NCBI GenBank assembly: GCA_964035545.1
Contig: OZ037766.1
Span: 558,001-622,000 of the forward strand
Direction of reading: 5' to 3'
DNA from: Bugula neritina
Lineage: Eukaryota > Animalia > Bryozoa
DNA length: 64,000 nt
Each line of letters starts with the position of its first letter. Position 1 is the stretch's first letter. This document shows positions 26,601 to 43,700 of the stretch, one piece after another. The position numbers and the translations under genes are program-made. The notes beneath the pieces were generated by a model. The model was not told where the DNA came from. It did not search any database and worked only from the letters and a program-made list of their open reading frames with translations.

Positions 26601-28784
26601 TATCATAATTATGTATACTTCATTTTACTCATCTACTCTGAAGATGACACAAAACTTTATCTAAAATCCTAAACTTTTATTACTACTCATAATCATGTTG
26701 TTTAATTACCCGAAACCAATACCTACTGAGTTCACCTATCACACTACAGCTGTGCAGTTATATTTTAAATATAGTTCCCCTACCACACTACAGCTGTGCA
26801 GTTATATTTAAATATAGTTCCCCTACCACACTACAGCTGTGCAGTTATATTTAAATATAGTTCCCCTACCACACTACAGCTGTGCAGTTATATTTAAATA
26901 TAGTTCCCCTACCACACTACAGCTGTGCAGTTATATTTAAATATAGTTCCCCTACCACACTACAGCGGTGCAGTTATATTTAAATATAGCTCACCTACCA
27001 CACTACAGCCGTGCAGTTATATTTAAATATAGTTCCCCTACCACACTACAGCCGTGCAGTTATATTTAAATATAGTTCCCCTACCACACTACAGCCGTGC
27101 AGTTATATTTAAATATAGTTCCCCTACCACACTACAGCCGTGCAGTTATATTTAAATATAGTTCCCCTACCACACTACAGCTGTGCAGTTATATTTAAAT
27201 ATAGTTCCCCTACCACACTACAGCTGTGCAGTTATATTTAAATATAGTTCCCCTACCACACTACAACTGTGCAGTTATATTTAAATATAGTTCACCTACC
27301 ACACTACAACTGTGTAGGTATATTTAAAAGAAGCTTCTAGAGCCAGCTAACAGCCCCGTAGTCTGATAGCAAGTTAATCATTTGGTCAATGAAAACTCTT
27401 GTAGGAAAGAGGAAGCTGAAGAGCTACGACGTGGTGGACGAGGCGCTGACCTTCTTCAAGCAGTACATGGCTGAGAATAACATAGACTTAGTGACTTTCT
27501 TCCAGGAGATGGACGACGACGGTAGTATGGCCGTCTCGTATGATGAGTTCAGGGAGGGTCTGAAGGTGAGTGACTCTAAGGCTATGCAATGAGTTATATT
27601 AACAGCTGATCGTGGTAGGGTAGATGGGGGTGCCACCCCTTACAGCTACTGAGTGGCTCTAAGGCTATACAATGTGTCATACTAACAGCTGGTCTGAAAG
27701 TACTAAATAAAAGATCGTTGTGGTTGGATATAACACTCCTTTCTGCTCACATCAGAAAACAAACTTAGGATGGAGCTAGGTTGTTCAAAAACAGTTAGTA
27801 TGACTTTTTGGTGATGGAGTGTAAGTTAACTTTTGGGTAGTAGAGAATATATTGGCTTGTCCCAAATTTTGGTTCGTTTAGTATTACGGCTATTATGTAT
27901 CGCGAATAGAATGTTTATATGAAAGTTGTGTTCTTTTGAAATTGTTGACTTTCTTCAATGAAAACAAATAAAATTCACAGTTGAAACTGTGTGTAAAAGT
28001 TTTAGATGCTGCATGGCATGACACTTGGTTATTACAATATTTATATTTACTAGGAAAAGTCTTGCTAGCAATGGCTAGAGTCTGCATTATATAATATGTA
28101 GAGCATATTAATAAAATTAAACAGTATAGTTATAATAAAATTAGAGTATGTTATTATTATAATACAGTATATTGTTAATATAATACAATATAACAATAAT
28201 ACAATACAGCACTATAGGCATAGAATACTGCAGTATATCAGGAGTTGTGTTCCATACCGTATATCAGGAGTTGTGTTCCATATAGTATATCAGGAGTTGT
28301 GTTCTATAGGTAATGAAGATTCCACTCACTCCTCTACAAGTTGATCAGCTGATTGCTGCACTAGACATGGATGGAGACGGGGACATAGACTTTGGGTGGG
28401 TTCTCAGTCTACATATTATTTATGAAGTGTCTTACAATATCCTGTTTGGTGATATATCGTCTTACAACATAGCATGTTGGTGATATATTGTACCATGCTG
28501 CTTGATGTATCAAACTAGAAGAGTAAAACTCAATTAGGACAATATACATGTATTCTGGTAAAGATATTTCTTGGTCAATGTAGAAGTGTAAGCCAACAGA
28601 GTATTTTATAATATTGTTGTAATGTTTTGATTTGGAGTTGTCATCTCTTTTGACAAAAACTAGTCATGAATATACGTAAGTTGATGGTGTGGCATTCATT
28701 GACTTCTAGTATAACTTTAGAGTACAATTGAGACTTCTGTGTTTTAGAGAGCTTGTGATTGGTGCAGAAGAACACTCTCATTAG
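1972..28784 (+). CDS. LRRC74: LRRC74-like leucine-rich-repeat protein with a C-terminal EF-hand pair; 13 exons, about 494 aa; further 5' exons may lie upstream
   Basis: Exons 1972-2097, 4140-4236, 11038-11213, 17510-17617, 18818-18955, 19546-19627, 20741-20867, 24112-24265, 24831-24926, 26437-26533, 27405-27565, 28310-28395, 28748-28784, all GT-AG and phase-consistent. [10 protein letters not shown]...[20 protein letters not shown] resembles the LRRC74 N-cap. RI-type LRRs ([39 protein letters not shown]). EF-hand loops [12 protein letters not shown] and [12 protein letters not shown]. Confidence 0.85.
2134..2265. repeat. (AGC/AGT)n degenerate trinucleotide microsatellite
   Basis: Direct reading; it produces the spurious poly-Ser ORF 2128-2328. 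Confidence 0.9.
2754..2766. promoter_or_regulatory. Candidate RFX X-box GTTGCTAGGCAAC in an LRRC74 intron
   Basis: Near-palindromic match to the RFX consensus. Function not shown. Confidence 0.4.
5738..10024 (-). CDS. Nested antisense gene; 5 exons, 213 aa; unassigned N-terminal domain plus C-terminal BRI3/LITAF-like Cys-rich membrane-associated domain
   Basis: Exons 10024-9919, 8832-8692, 7800-7603, 6107-6046, 5872-5738; phases 1,1,1,0 join with no stops. Protein begins [43 protein letters not shown] and ends [50 protein letters not shown] (CxxC-hydrophobic-CxxC). Confidence 0.85.
6200..7190. repeat. 42-bp minisatellite (ACACTAGAGTACTGATATAACATATTATACTAGACTGTAGAC), interrupted by a hAT-like MITE
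   Basis: About 13 copies at 6200-6735 and about 3 at 7078-7190. Confidence 0.95.
6739..7077. mobile_element. Non-autonomous hAT (Charlie-like) MITE, 339 bp
   Basis: TIRs CAGGGGTGTCCAAC and GTTGGACAGTCCTG; subterminal GGGCCACA repeats; flanks TACTAGA(GT)C and TACTAGAC approximate an 8-bp TSD. Confidence 0.8.
8114..8180. repeat. (TA)n microsatellite
   Basis: Direct reading. Confidence 0.95.
8275..8347 (-). ncRNA. Type I hammerhead ribozyme (identical mirror copy, - strand)
   Basis: Follows from the perfect palindrome; cleavage predicted after position 8290 on the - strand. Confidence 0.85.
8344..8416 (+). ncRNA. Type I hammerhead ribozyme (+ strand)
   Basis: Stem I ATTTAT 8355-8360 / ATAAAT 8402-8407, extended by TATAGTGGC / GCCATTATA past a TA bulge. 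Core CTGACGA 8361-8367. Stem II GTGCACA / TGTGTAC with loop TCGTCCT. GAAA 8389-8392, short stem III, and GTA triplet 8399-8401 with cleavage predicted after 8401. Confidence 0.85.
8445..8649. repeat. (TA)n/(TACA)n microsatellite
   Basis: Direct reading. Confidence 0.95.
8878..9649. mobile_element. Non-autonomous Kolobok-like DNA transposon (MITE), 772 bp
   Basis: Perfect 16-bp TIRs AGGATTGCTCTATCTT / AAGATAGAGCAATCCT; TTAA TSD at 8874-8877 and 9650-9653. Purine-purine termini favour Kolobok over piggyBac. Confidence 0.8.
10423..10587. repeat. 10-bp minisatellite (GCTAGGTGAG plus a purine variant) containing AG|GTRAG
   Basis: About 15 short tandem copies read directly; the unit is 10-11 bp. 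Confidence 0.85.
10817..11035. repeat. 38-41-bp minisatellite, about 5 copies, abutting the acceptor of exon 11038
   Basis: The unit contains TATATAG-AGAAG, echoing the real TTCTAG|AGAAAAG. Confidence 0.85.
13232..15786 (-). CDS. Nested antisense MADF-BESS (Adf-1-like) DNA-binding protein; 2 coding exons, 369 aa
   Basis: Exons 15786-15549 and 14103-13232, joined at a phase-1 GT-AG intron. MADF: [12 protein letters not shown]...[33 protein letters not shown]...[14 protein letters not shown]-like C-terminus [16 protein letters not shown]...LRIKLMQTV. Confidence 0.9.
17119..17497. repeat. 10-12-bp (CTCTGTAGCT)n array abutting the acceptor at 17509
   Basis: Pyrimidine-rich units ending in TGTAG, ending about 12 bp before CACAG|GTG. 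Confidence 0.9.
24925..25062. repeat. 30-bp tandem repeat (4-5 copies) starting at and copying the donor of exon 24831-24926
   Basis: CT|GTAAGT recurs in each unit GTAAGTGTTGAGTAGCCAATAGCAGCACCT. Confidence 0.9.
26729..27328. repeat. 43-bp minisatellite, about 14 copies
   Basis: Unit ACCACACTACAGCTGTGCAGTTATATTTAAATATAGTTCCCCT. Confidence 0.95.
28234..28309. repeat. 26-bp repeat x3 ending at the acceptor of exon 28310
   Basis: TATATCAGGAGTTGTGTTC three times; the last copy ends TATAG|GTAATG. Confidence 0.85.
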
Positions 28785-29625
28785 TCCCGCCCCTTCCCTT
28801 TTATTGACTCACATAGCTACTGACATTATGGACTCGGGTTTTCAGTAGTTTATTGTTGCGGTCGGAGTGTTTTGAGCAACAGAAATGGTAAATATTTAGA
28901 GCAAATACTTCTGATGAAGCTGAACACTACATTGTATCACCTCCTACTTCTACATATCTAATGTACTTTAGTAACTACTCTTTAGAGTTGGTTAAATGCC
29001 CAAGTCAGCTCAAAATGTGGTGTGAATTCAAAATAATTATTGTCTTGAGCAATTTAATTATAATTTAGCAAATATATTGCTATAGCAAATAACTCAGTGG
29101 ATAAGGCCAGTTGGTATAAATAATGAATTAAGCGTCTGTGGACAATAATTTGGGAAAGGCAACTCCTGAATCATCACTATTCACAATTATTGATATTATT
29201 TTGCCAGCTACAATGCTTTATATTATTTTTACAGCCTGTAATTATTAACTTTTTTTATTAATATATTTTTGGTCAAAAAATTTTAAAATATTAAAATTTT
29301 ATGCATTTGAACACTTTTTTGTGATTAAATAAATTATATAACGTGACTATACTAGTAATGAAAAGTTTTATTAAGGATTAACAAAATGCGCTTTACTATA
29401 ACTATGCTTAGCTAATGGATCTGATAATTAATAAAATTTGATTCACTTAATTTTTTGCAATTTCTATAAATCAACAAACAAGATACAAAAATAGAAAAAC
29501 AATAAGGAGCACCAATCTACTATCACATGTATACTGCTACCAGTCATGACTCATACTCTATACGACAAGGAACTTTATATTATACTTCTGCCAATTTGCT
29601 CATCTTCCTGTAGCAGGGAGTTGTG

Positions 29626-31961
29626 TCATCTCAAGGTGGTAGCAGCTCTGGTCACATGACCTGTAGTCACATGACCTGTAGTTAGTTGAGATGTGTGTAG
29701 GTCTGGGAAGAACTGAGATCGAGGTTTGAGAGTTCCTCCAGGTAAATCTGTGTGTGGCCTTTTACCTGTACCAACTGTCAGTTTAGCTTCGGAGAGCGCT
29801 GTAGACAGCCCTTGAAACCGCTTGTCCAACACGGATCTTGAGGCTAACAAATCCACTCCCCTGAAGGACATTTTATCATCACCATAACAATACTAGATCA
29901 CATTTGGGCTAGCTTGTTTTAACATTTGAGAGTCTAAAGAGTTAATGGCAGCACTTTATATAATTATGTTCATGTCACACTCTTCAAAATGAAAGATTAT
30001 ATTACGTAAGACTACTAGTATAACATACCAGTTGCAAAAGCAATGCACATTTTAAATAAATATCAAACCTGAATTGCTTTCCCAAATTATGGCTAAAATT
30101 TTACTCAACTTGAAGTTTATTGCCATGTATGGTGTTGCATGGTTGCTAACAATAAGCTAGGCTGCTGTTACATAAACTCTGATTGGCTGGTTTCAAATTA
30201 TTCATAGATCGGCTCACCTGTAGTTGTCATAGCGACGCTGTTGTCGTGGATGCAGTTCATACTTGACAGGATGCTTAGCGAGATAGGTATGGTTGTTGTA
30301 CTGAACTATCCGAGGTTCTGTACGCCCATACATGACCGGGTGGAGGGGCACAGACACCACTCCCTTCTGCTCATAACTGTCTGGAGTGCGGTACACCTAG
30401 TATAAACAGATTAGTTTACATCTTAAAGTAACATGCCTGTAGCTCCACCTTATAGGTTTGGAAAAAGGGAAGCAAATATAAATAAAATATCTATTGAATT
30501 GGTTGCTGTATATCACTATTCTAGCATTTGTCAGAAAGAAAACAATGTTCATTTGACAAGAGAGCTCCAAACTGCAGCCAATAACAATAGTTTATCTATA
30601 GAGGTCATATTTGAATAATAAAATGCTGAGAATGAATCATACGAGTAACAGCTATCTTATCATATACTATAGTGAAAAATAACACTCTAGCATATAAAGG
30701 TTAGTAAATCTGCTGCCAAACTTGCATCAGCACCTCTTTCTGGATAAATTGTGCTAGTTTTAACTTACCTACCCTAAGTATGTTCTATTAACTATAAGAG
30801 CACCCACAGCCTGTAGCTCAGACCATCAAAACCTGTGGCTTAGACCATCAAAACCTGTAGCTAAGACCATCTTCAGTCTGTATCTCAAACCACCCCAGCC
30901 TGTAGCTGAGACCACCACAGCCTGTAGCTAAGAACACCACAGCCTGTAGCTAAGAACACCACAGCCTGTAGCTAAGAACACCACAGCCTGTAGCTGAGAC
31001 CACCACAGCCTGTAGCTAAGAACACCACAGCCTGTAGCTGAGACCACCACAGCCTGTAGCTAAGAACACCACAGCCTGTAGCTGGGACCACCACAGCCTG
31101 TAGCTGAGACCACCACAGCCTGTAGCTAAGAACACCACAGCCTGTAGCTGAGACCACCACAGCCTGTAGCTAAGAACACCACAGCCTGTAGCTGAGACCA
31201 CCACAGCCTGTAACTGAGACACAAGTCACATGACTCAATACCATACCTGCTGCATGGAGGCTGATTTTAGTTTCCTGTCGTTAGCTGAAAGGTGAGGAAA
31301 GTTGAGTCTGTCAACCCGACTTCTGTCTTCTCTTTTCCACGAGTCTCTCTTCTTCTTCATGTGGAATGTGAAGCTGAGTTGCTGGTGGTTCTGGGAATTT
31401 CTTCTCTGGTTCTGGTGCTGAGTCAGTAATCCTATAGACTTCTGTAACTTCCTCTCATCTATTCAGATATATGTATAGAGTAACAGATATATAGTAAGAC
31501 TTCTGTAACTTCTTCTCATCTATTCAGATATATGTATACAATAACAGATATATAGTAAGACTTCTGCAGCTTCCTCTCATCTATTCAGATATATGAGCAA
31601 CATATATATAGTAAGAATTTTGTACTCCCGTTTACCTAATCAAATTACCAGTTATTAGTAGAATTAGTAACAAACGAATGCAGTGGAAATAGTACGTTTA
31701 GCGGAATAACTGTAGCTATAAGAGAAGAAACGTGGAACATGGAATACAAGCTGATCCAACTCTGGATAACTCACCGCATGCGTTCTCTTTCAGCAAGGCT
31801 TTTGTCACACATGTTTTCAGTCTAAAGTCTATGGTGCCACTCAGCTTTTTGTTGTTCATCTTGGTGAATGATTTTTTAAAAGAGAAGCCGCCATCTTGGA
31901 TTGGAAAGCAGACGGAGGCATCAAACTCCGGATCTTCTGCTTCTTCCTCGTCTTCCCACAT
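29626..31961 (-). CDS. Uncharacterised protein; 4 coding exons, about 270 aa
   Basis: Exons 31961-31775, 31458-31247, 30396-30218, 29860-29626; phases 1,0,2 consistent. MWEDEEEAEDPEF...ENACDERKLQKSIGLL...DKRFQGL...ATTLR*. A probable upstream exon lies at 32483-32437. Confidence 0.7.
30800..31222. repeat. 22-bp minisatellite (CCTGTAGCTRAGAMCACCACAG), about 19 copies
   Basis: Begins about 25 bp inside the intron after the donor at 31246. Confidence 0.9.
31437..31620. repeat. 61-bp repeat x3 spanning an acceptor and the first 22 nt of the exon
   Basis: Copies start at 31437, 31498, 31559; the - strand reads CTGAATAG|ATGAGAGGAAGTTACAGAAGTC. Confidence 0.9.
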
Positions 31962-32146
31962 GCTGACCTCTACAAACACTTGCACAGGTAAACCAACACC
32001 TTCCCACATGCTGACCTCTACAAACACCTGCACAGGTAAGCCAACACCTTCCCACATGCTGACCTCTACAAACACCTGCACAGGTAAGCCAACACCTTAA
32101 TCCCATATGCTAACTTCTACAAACACCTGCACAGGTAAGCCAACAT
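31952..32146. repeat. 48-bp repeat x4 spanning an acceptor and the start codon
   Basis: The - strand unit contains TGTTTGTAG|AGGTCAGCATGTGGGAAG. Confidence 0.9.
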
Positions 32147-33244
32147 TTTCCAATATATGGTGACAATATTCGCACAAGTAAACCAACCAAGTTGTATCTC
32201 AAGAAGTAAAATTGTTAAGAGATGTGTTTAAGAAAGCTGTGATTAAATTTTGCTGAAGTTATCTTTGACCTTACAATTTATTCCTGAAATGTTTCAAGTA
32301 TACTACATCTCACCAGGTGACCTGACATTTACGCACTATAATAGGTGACCTGAGGCATACACATCAGGTGACCTGAGCCATACACACAAGGTGACCTGAA
32401 GCACACACATGGGATTTAAATTTAACTTATACTTACAGTTTGCCAGGAGTTTGGAATATGTGTTGGTTCCAATAACTGAAGACCTATCAATACATGTGAA
32501 TATTCAATACTTATTGAACAGTCTTATTGGTTATTAATCAATCACTGAACACGAATGAAATCAAAGTCACTCTTCAATTGTTTTTGTTCAATTTTTTGTT
32601 TTATTGCCAAAGAAAATATTTATTAAATAAGCTCCCAGGTGCAGTGAGATACAATAAAGGGAATTGTTAAAAACGGATCTATTCACTTCTCAATATGAAA
32701 GGAAACTTTACATGCAGCTGATATTTAGAATAAACACCAAATTGTGTGGTTGACTACATAGTGATAGGTGTTACAATTCGGTGCTAATCATTATGTAATA
32801 ATAGTAAATATAACCACTGAGAAGATAACTACCTGCTTAATATATCAAATTGAATGACCTGCACAATATTATATGATTAAAACTTAAATTTATTTTCAAC
32901 AATTAAATTATTTCCACAATATTGATATTTATATAACATCAATTGATTGTTCCCAGTGTATTTTGTACAGCAGAAGCTTGGTCATTTTTAAAAAAAACTA
33001 TTCTGCATTAAAAATTTCTCGTTTGGTTTGCAAAGTTTACAACCATTCCTCTCAGCTAGTGTAGTTGAATCAATTACTGAATGAAATGACTATAAACACG
33101 TTTCTTTCAAACTTTTAATAAGCAATCATTATCATTATAATTATAGCTACAGAAAAAACTTTCAGCTCCAATATGAGTTTCATTTGCCTAAGCCATTGCA
33201 AGATGGAGGAGTTGTCGTCTCATACTTCAAATGCCTACCCTACC

Positions 33245-33276
33245 AGGTGATCATCACGTGGTTACGATCACATGGT
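33245..33276. promoter_or_regulatory. E-box cluster (CAGGTG, TCACGTG, TCACATG) in the putative divergent promoter upstream of cathepsin F
   Basis: CCAGGTGATCATCACGTGGTTACGATCACATGG, about 170 bp upstream of the CTSF ATG; resembles CLEAR/M-box sites. Confidence 0.4.
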
Positions 33277-33429
33277 GTAAAATGTAAATTTAGTGAGTAC
33301 ATTCTATAGTAAACAACTACGCTGAAGAATTTACGCCAAGTTCAACAGTTATTTATTTGATGACTACAACGGAAAGTAATCATTTGTTGTTTTGGGTGTC
33401 GGCTTAGAACATAGATTTTTTTTACAAAA

Positions 33430-39017
<5,588 letters not shown>

Positions 39018-40676
39018 CTCTTACACTTGGGCGTGACTTTATTATTCACTTTTAAAAGTTTTTAATTTAATTATATTTTTATTTTTTTGTATCATGTTAC
39101 ATTTTATTACACTATTTTGAAAAAATTGAGTTGAATAAATAAAAAATATAATATTTTTTAAATTTACTTCATTTCATCTTAGACTTTTTGACTGATAAAA
39201 TAATGTCTAGTGACAAAGCGAGATATTTCTCAGAGAATCAACAGCATGTTACTACTCATATTAGAGTTTAAATATTATTAAACGTAGAAGATACAGAATA
39301 AATGTTTTAAAAATAATATTATTTTCTACAAAATACGTAGGCAAGGCGTGATCACTAACCTGGCTAGAATTGTCAAGATATCTTTGCACATTGTTGAATG
39401 AGCTAGACGCAGCAGTTCACGTAAAGCTGTTTCGAAGATGCAAGTGAAATGCAAACACTGAAGGAGATGACAGTATCTCATTGTATAACTATTTTGATTG
39501 TTTTAAATATTTGATGCACATTCCAGGCATAACTAAAACATGCAACCAGAGTAGAGCTTTTATAAACACTCCTGGCAACATGCCAATGAAGGAATTGTTA
39601 TGTAATGATTGGCTAGTTACAATGGCTCATCTTATTTATATTAAAAAGCAGTTGTGACTTATTTGTATTCAACATTTATTATTTATCTTACTTGGAAATA
39701 TTTTTAGTATTTGTAATGTTAACCAATTTGTGAATAATGAATACACAGTACTACTACAAGTTTGTGATAATTATATTGGTTTATACAGCTGTCTACAGCA
39801 CACTTCGTCTGGGACACATGTTGCCAAAAGTGTCAAATAGCCTTAGCAAGCATCTGACATGAAGTGTCAAGCATGTAGATGTTGCAGATAGCTGACGTGG
39901 AGTAGGTATCATCAGATTCTAATTTAGAAAAAGCACTCTCAGTACCCAGAATAACAAAATTTATTTAAAATAAAAAAAAACAAAAAAATAACAAACAGCA
40001 TAGTGGAATATAAATAGCGAATGCTACACTCAGTATAAATAGACTAGACTGTGAAACAGTTGATTTCTTAAATAAGTCATAAGGTTTGTAAATGCCAAGG
40101 AGTTTACAAATTAAACATAATACATTCTGTTGTTAATAAAGTTTGTAGTTATCTAAAATAGTTATTTATTAAATTTGCAAATAATTAGTCATGATCCTAT
40201 TGTACAAACTGTTACACAAAGCAGTTTTATTCTACTGTTAGAGAAATAACTAAATAAATATAAATTTGCTGATTTGCGCAGTTTAACAAATTAGATTTGT
40301 TGTTCCAACTAGTAGAATGATCAGAGTGAGAGAGGGTGTGTGTAGCCTCCCTAAACAATGTTAGATAACATGCTAACTGCTAGGCGAGTTACACTTGCTA
40401 TAAACCTACCATATAGCAGAGTTCTCTCAGGAAACACTATAGAAGTCCCGCAGCAAACCGTAGCTATTATCTAGTCACTATCTTTAATTTCCTAACTTTG
40501 ATATTGAATAATAGTAGAACCCAAAACATAAAGCTTAGAAACAACTTAGCTTACCTCAACAAGTATTTACTTTTTCTGTATGATATGATAACCTAATTTC
40601 ATAGAACACAGTCTAAGAAGTGTTTGACTGAGTCATAGCAATTAAATATATAAGGCCTGAGTTCTGCGCGCCTACC

Positions 40677-40744
40677 ACTGCGGGGCGGGTACCAAACACT
40701 GCGGGGCGGGTACCAAACACTGCGGGGCGGGTACCAAGCACTGT
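40677..40744. repeat. About 21-bp GC-rich repeat x3 immediately 3' of the STAMBP stop codon
   Basis: CACTGCGGGGCGGGTACCAAA three times. Confidence 0.85.
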
Positions 40745-40745
40745 G

Positions 40746-43700
40746 TTATCTGAGATCCACAAACACCGGCTGTCGTGAGTCCATCTTCACATGTTCACAT
40801 TTCTGTTAAACATAAACCAAACGTGTCAACAAATGCATTCCCTAGAGAAAATCTCAAAAAGTATGTTTAGAGACAAATTTAGCCAACAGTTACAATTCTC
40901 AGGAGAGTATAAAATGGACAGTAATTACCTGGAAGAGAGGCGGTTCCTTTGGGTGGGGATGGAAACCAGATTTGGTGCACCTTGCTATGTAGTCCAACCC
41001 GTAGTCAGGGGTCAGGTTAAATATACCTATTCTATAAAATATATCTATTCTATAAAATATATCTATTCTATAAAATATATCTATTCTATAAAATATATCT
41101 ATTCTATAAAATATACCTATTCTATAAAATATACCTATTCTATAAAATATACCTATTCTATAAAATATACCTATTCTATAAAATATATCTATTCTATAAA
41201 ATATATCTATTCTATAAAATATATCTATTCTATAAAATATACCTATTCTATAAAATATACCTATTCTATAAAATATATCTATTCTATAAAATATATCTAT
41301 TCTATAAAATATATCTATTCTATAAAATATATCTATTCTATAAAATATATCTATTCTATAAAATATACCTATTCTATAAAATATACCTATTCTATAAAAT
41401 ATATCTATTCTATAAAATATATCTATTCTATAAAATATATCTATTCTATAAAATATATCTATTCTATAAAATATATCTATTCTATAAAATATATCTATTC
41501 TATAAAATATATCTATTCTATAAAATATACCTATTCTATAAAATATATCTATTCTATAAAATATACCTATTCTATAAAATATATCTATTCTATAAAATAT
41601 ATCTATTCTATAAAATATATCTATTCTATAAAATATACCTATTCTATAAAATATATCTATTCTATAAAATATATCTATTCTATAAAATATACCTATTCTA
41701 TAAAATATACCTATTCTATAAAATATACCTATTCTATAAAATATACCTATTCTATAAAATATACCTATTCTATAAAATATATCTATTCTATAAAATATAT
41801 CTATTCTATAAAATATATCTATTCTATAAAATATATCTATTCTATAAAATATATCTATTCTATAAAATATATCTATTCTATAAAATATATCTATTCTATA
41901 AAATATACCTATTCTATAAAATATATCTATTCTATAAAATATATCTATTCTATAAAATATATCTATTCTATAAAATATATCTATTCTATAACATATATCT
42001 ATTCTATAACATATATCTATTCTATAAAATATATCTATTCTATAAAATATACCTATTCTATAAAATATATCTATTCTATAAAATATATCTATTCTATAAA
42101 ATATATCTATTCTATAACATATATCTATTCTATAACATATATCTATTCTATAAAATATATCTATTCTATAAAATATATCTATTCTATAACATATATCTAT
42201 TCTATAACATATATCTATTCTATAAAATATATCTATTCTATAAAATATACCTATTCTATAAAATATATCTATTCTATAAAATATATCTATTCTATAAAAT
42301 ATATCTATTCTATAACATATATCTATTCTATAAAATATATCTATTCTATAAAATATATCTATTCTATAAAATATATCTATTCTATAAAATATACCTATTC
42401 TATAAAATATATCTATTCTATAAAATATATCTATTCTATAAAATATATCTATTCTATAAAATATATCTATTCTATAACATATATCTATTCTATAACGTAT
42501 ATCTATTCTATAAAGTATATCTATTCTATATAATATATGTGCTGTTCAGGTAGCGGGAAGACAACTACAGACTGAAGAAGATACATGAGACTTACTCATT
42601 ATACTTGGGAGCTACGACTATCGCTATAGCCTCAGGCATCATAATCTGATAGCCTGAGTGCGTGTGTAGATCTACACTTGAGAGAAAGGCAGTTTGGGTG
42701 GGGTGGGTCTGAAACACATCAATAAACTACATCAAGAAGTATTCTCTGTAGTCTATACAATGATATATGGATATTAGAATGCAATGAGTGCCTGCAGTGT
42801 GGGTATACTTGTATATATTATACATATATACATATGCATTAGAAATTACGATCCAATATACATAAACCTATTTTGTATTGCTACATTTCATTTGACATTC
42901 AATATCTTGACTTACAAGATATGACACGGCAAAGAGATTAGAAGGTTCTGGAATATATTGCAGGAAAGAGGCAAAATAGTGCAGCATAGTGGTTACTTTA
43001 TACTTTACTATCGTCCTATAGGTATACAAACAGTGACTAACCACTTCACCTACTAACAGAGACACACAGACAGACACACACACAGACAGACACTGTGACC
43101 ACTCACATGTATCCAGCCGAGCTGTATGAGATCGTGCTCGTCGTGGAACTGGAATATCTCCTCTTCATTTAACATGGTACAGGAGTCGGGTGCCCCTTTC
43201 TGTTTGGGGATGACTACGTGCGTTAGATGGAACTCCCCTCTTTCCTGGGTGAATAATATACACTATTACACTGCACTTTGAGTAGTCATATGTCACGTGA
43301 CGTCGTGTTAGGTCACAGTGCTCTACGTGACATCACGTGACGCTACATAAAGCACTGTGACCTTGCTAATCCTGTTATAATGAAGAAGTTACTGGTGGCC
43401 GGAGGAGTGATTGTATACCAAATAACAGTTTAATTAGGTTTTTAAAACGGAAGCTATGACTTTTGGGAAGCCTGTAGAGAGACAACTCTTAATCATGAGC
43501 AAGTGGACATAGAGATAGTAACTCCAAAAATTAATGACACAACAACTTTAATGTAATGGCTGATCCATTATTAGTACTTTTAGAATATCGTCAGACCCCT
43601 GAGGTAAATGAAGAGTGCCTAGTGTAATACATGCTGTATTTCATCCCTCTTATGAACCAGATCTGATGGACAAGAATTTATCAGCCCACTGAGACATTCA

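Noticed and set aside
29909-29933. Alternative acceptor at 29934 for the unassigned gene
   Set aside because: It gives a stop after 8 codons. The acceptor at 29861 gives a 78-codon terminal exon and was preferred, though without transcript evidence.
40791-42533. 580-aa ORF (YSIKYI)n
   Set aside because: Translation of the 18-bp array, antisense to a STAMBP intron.
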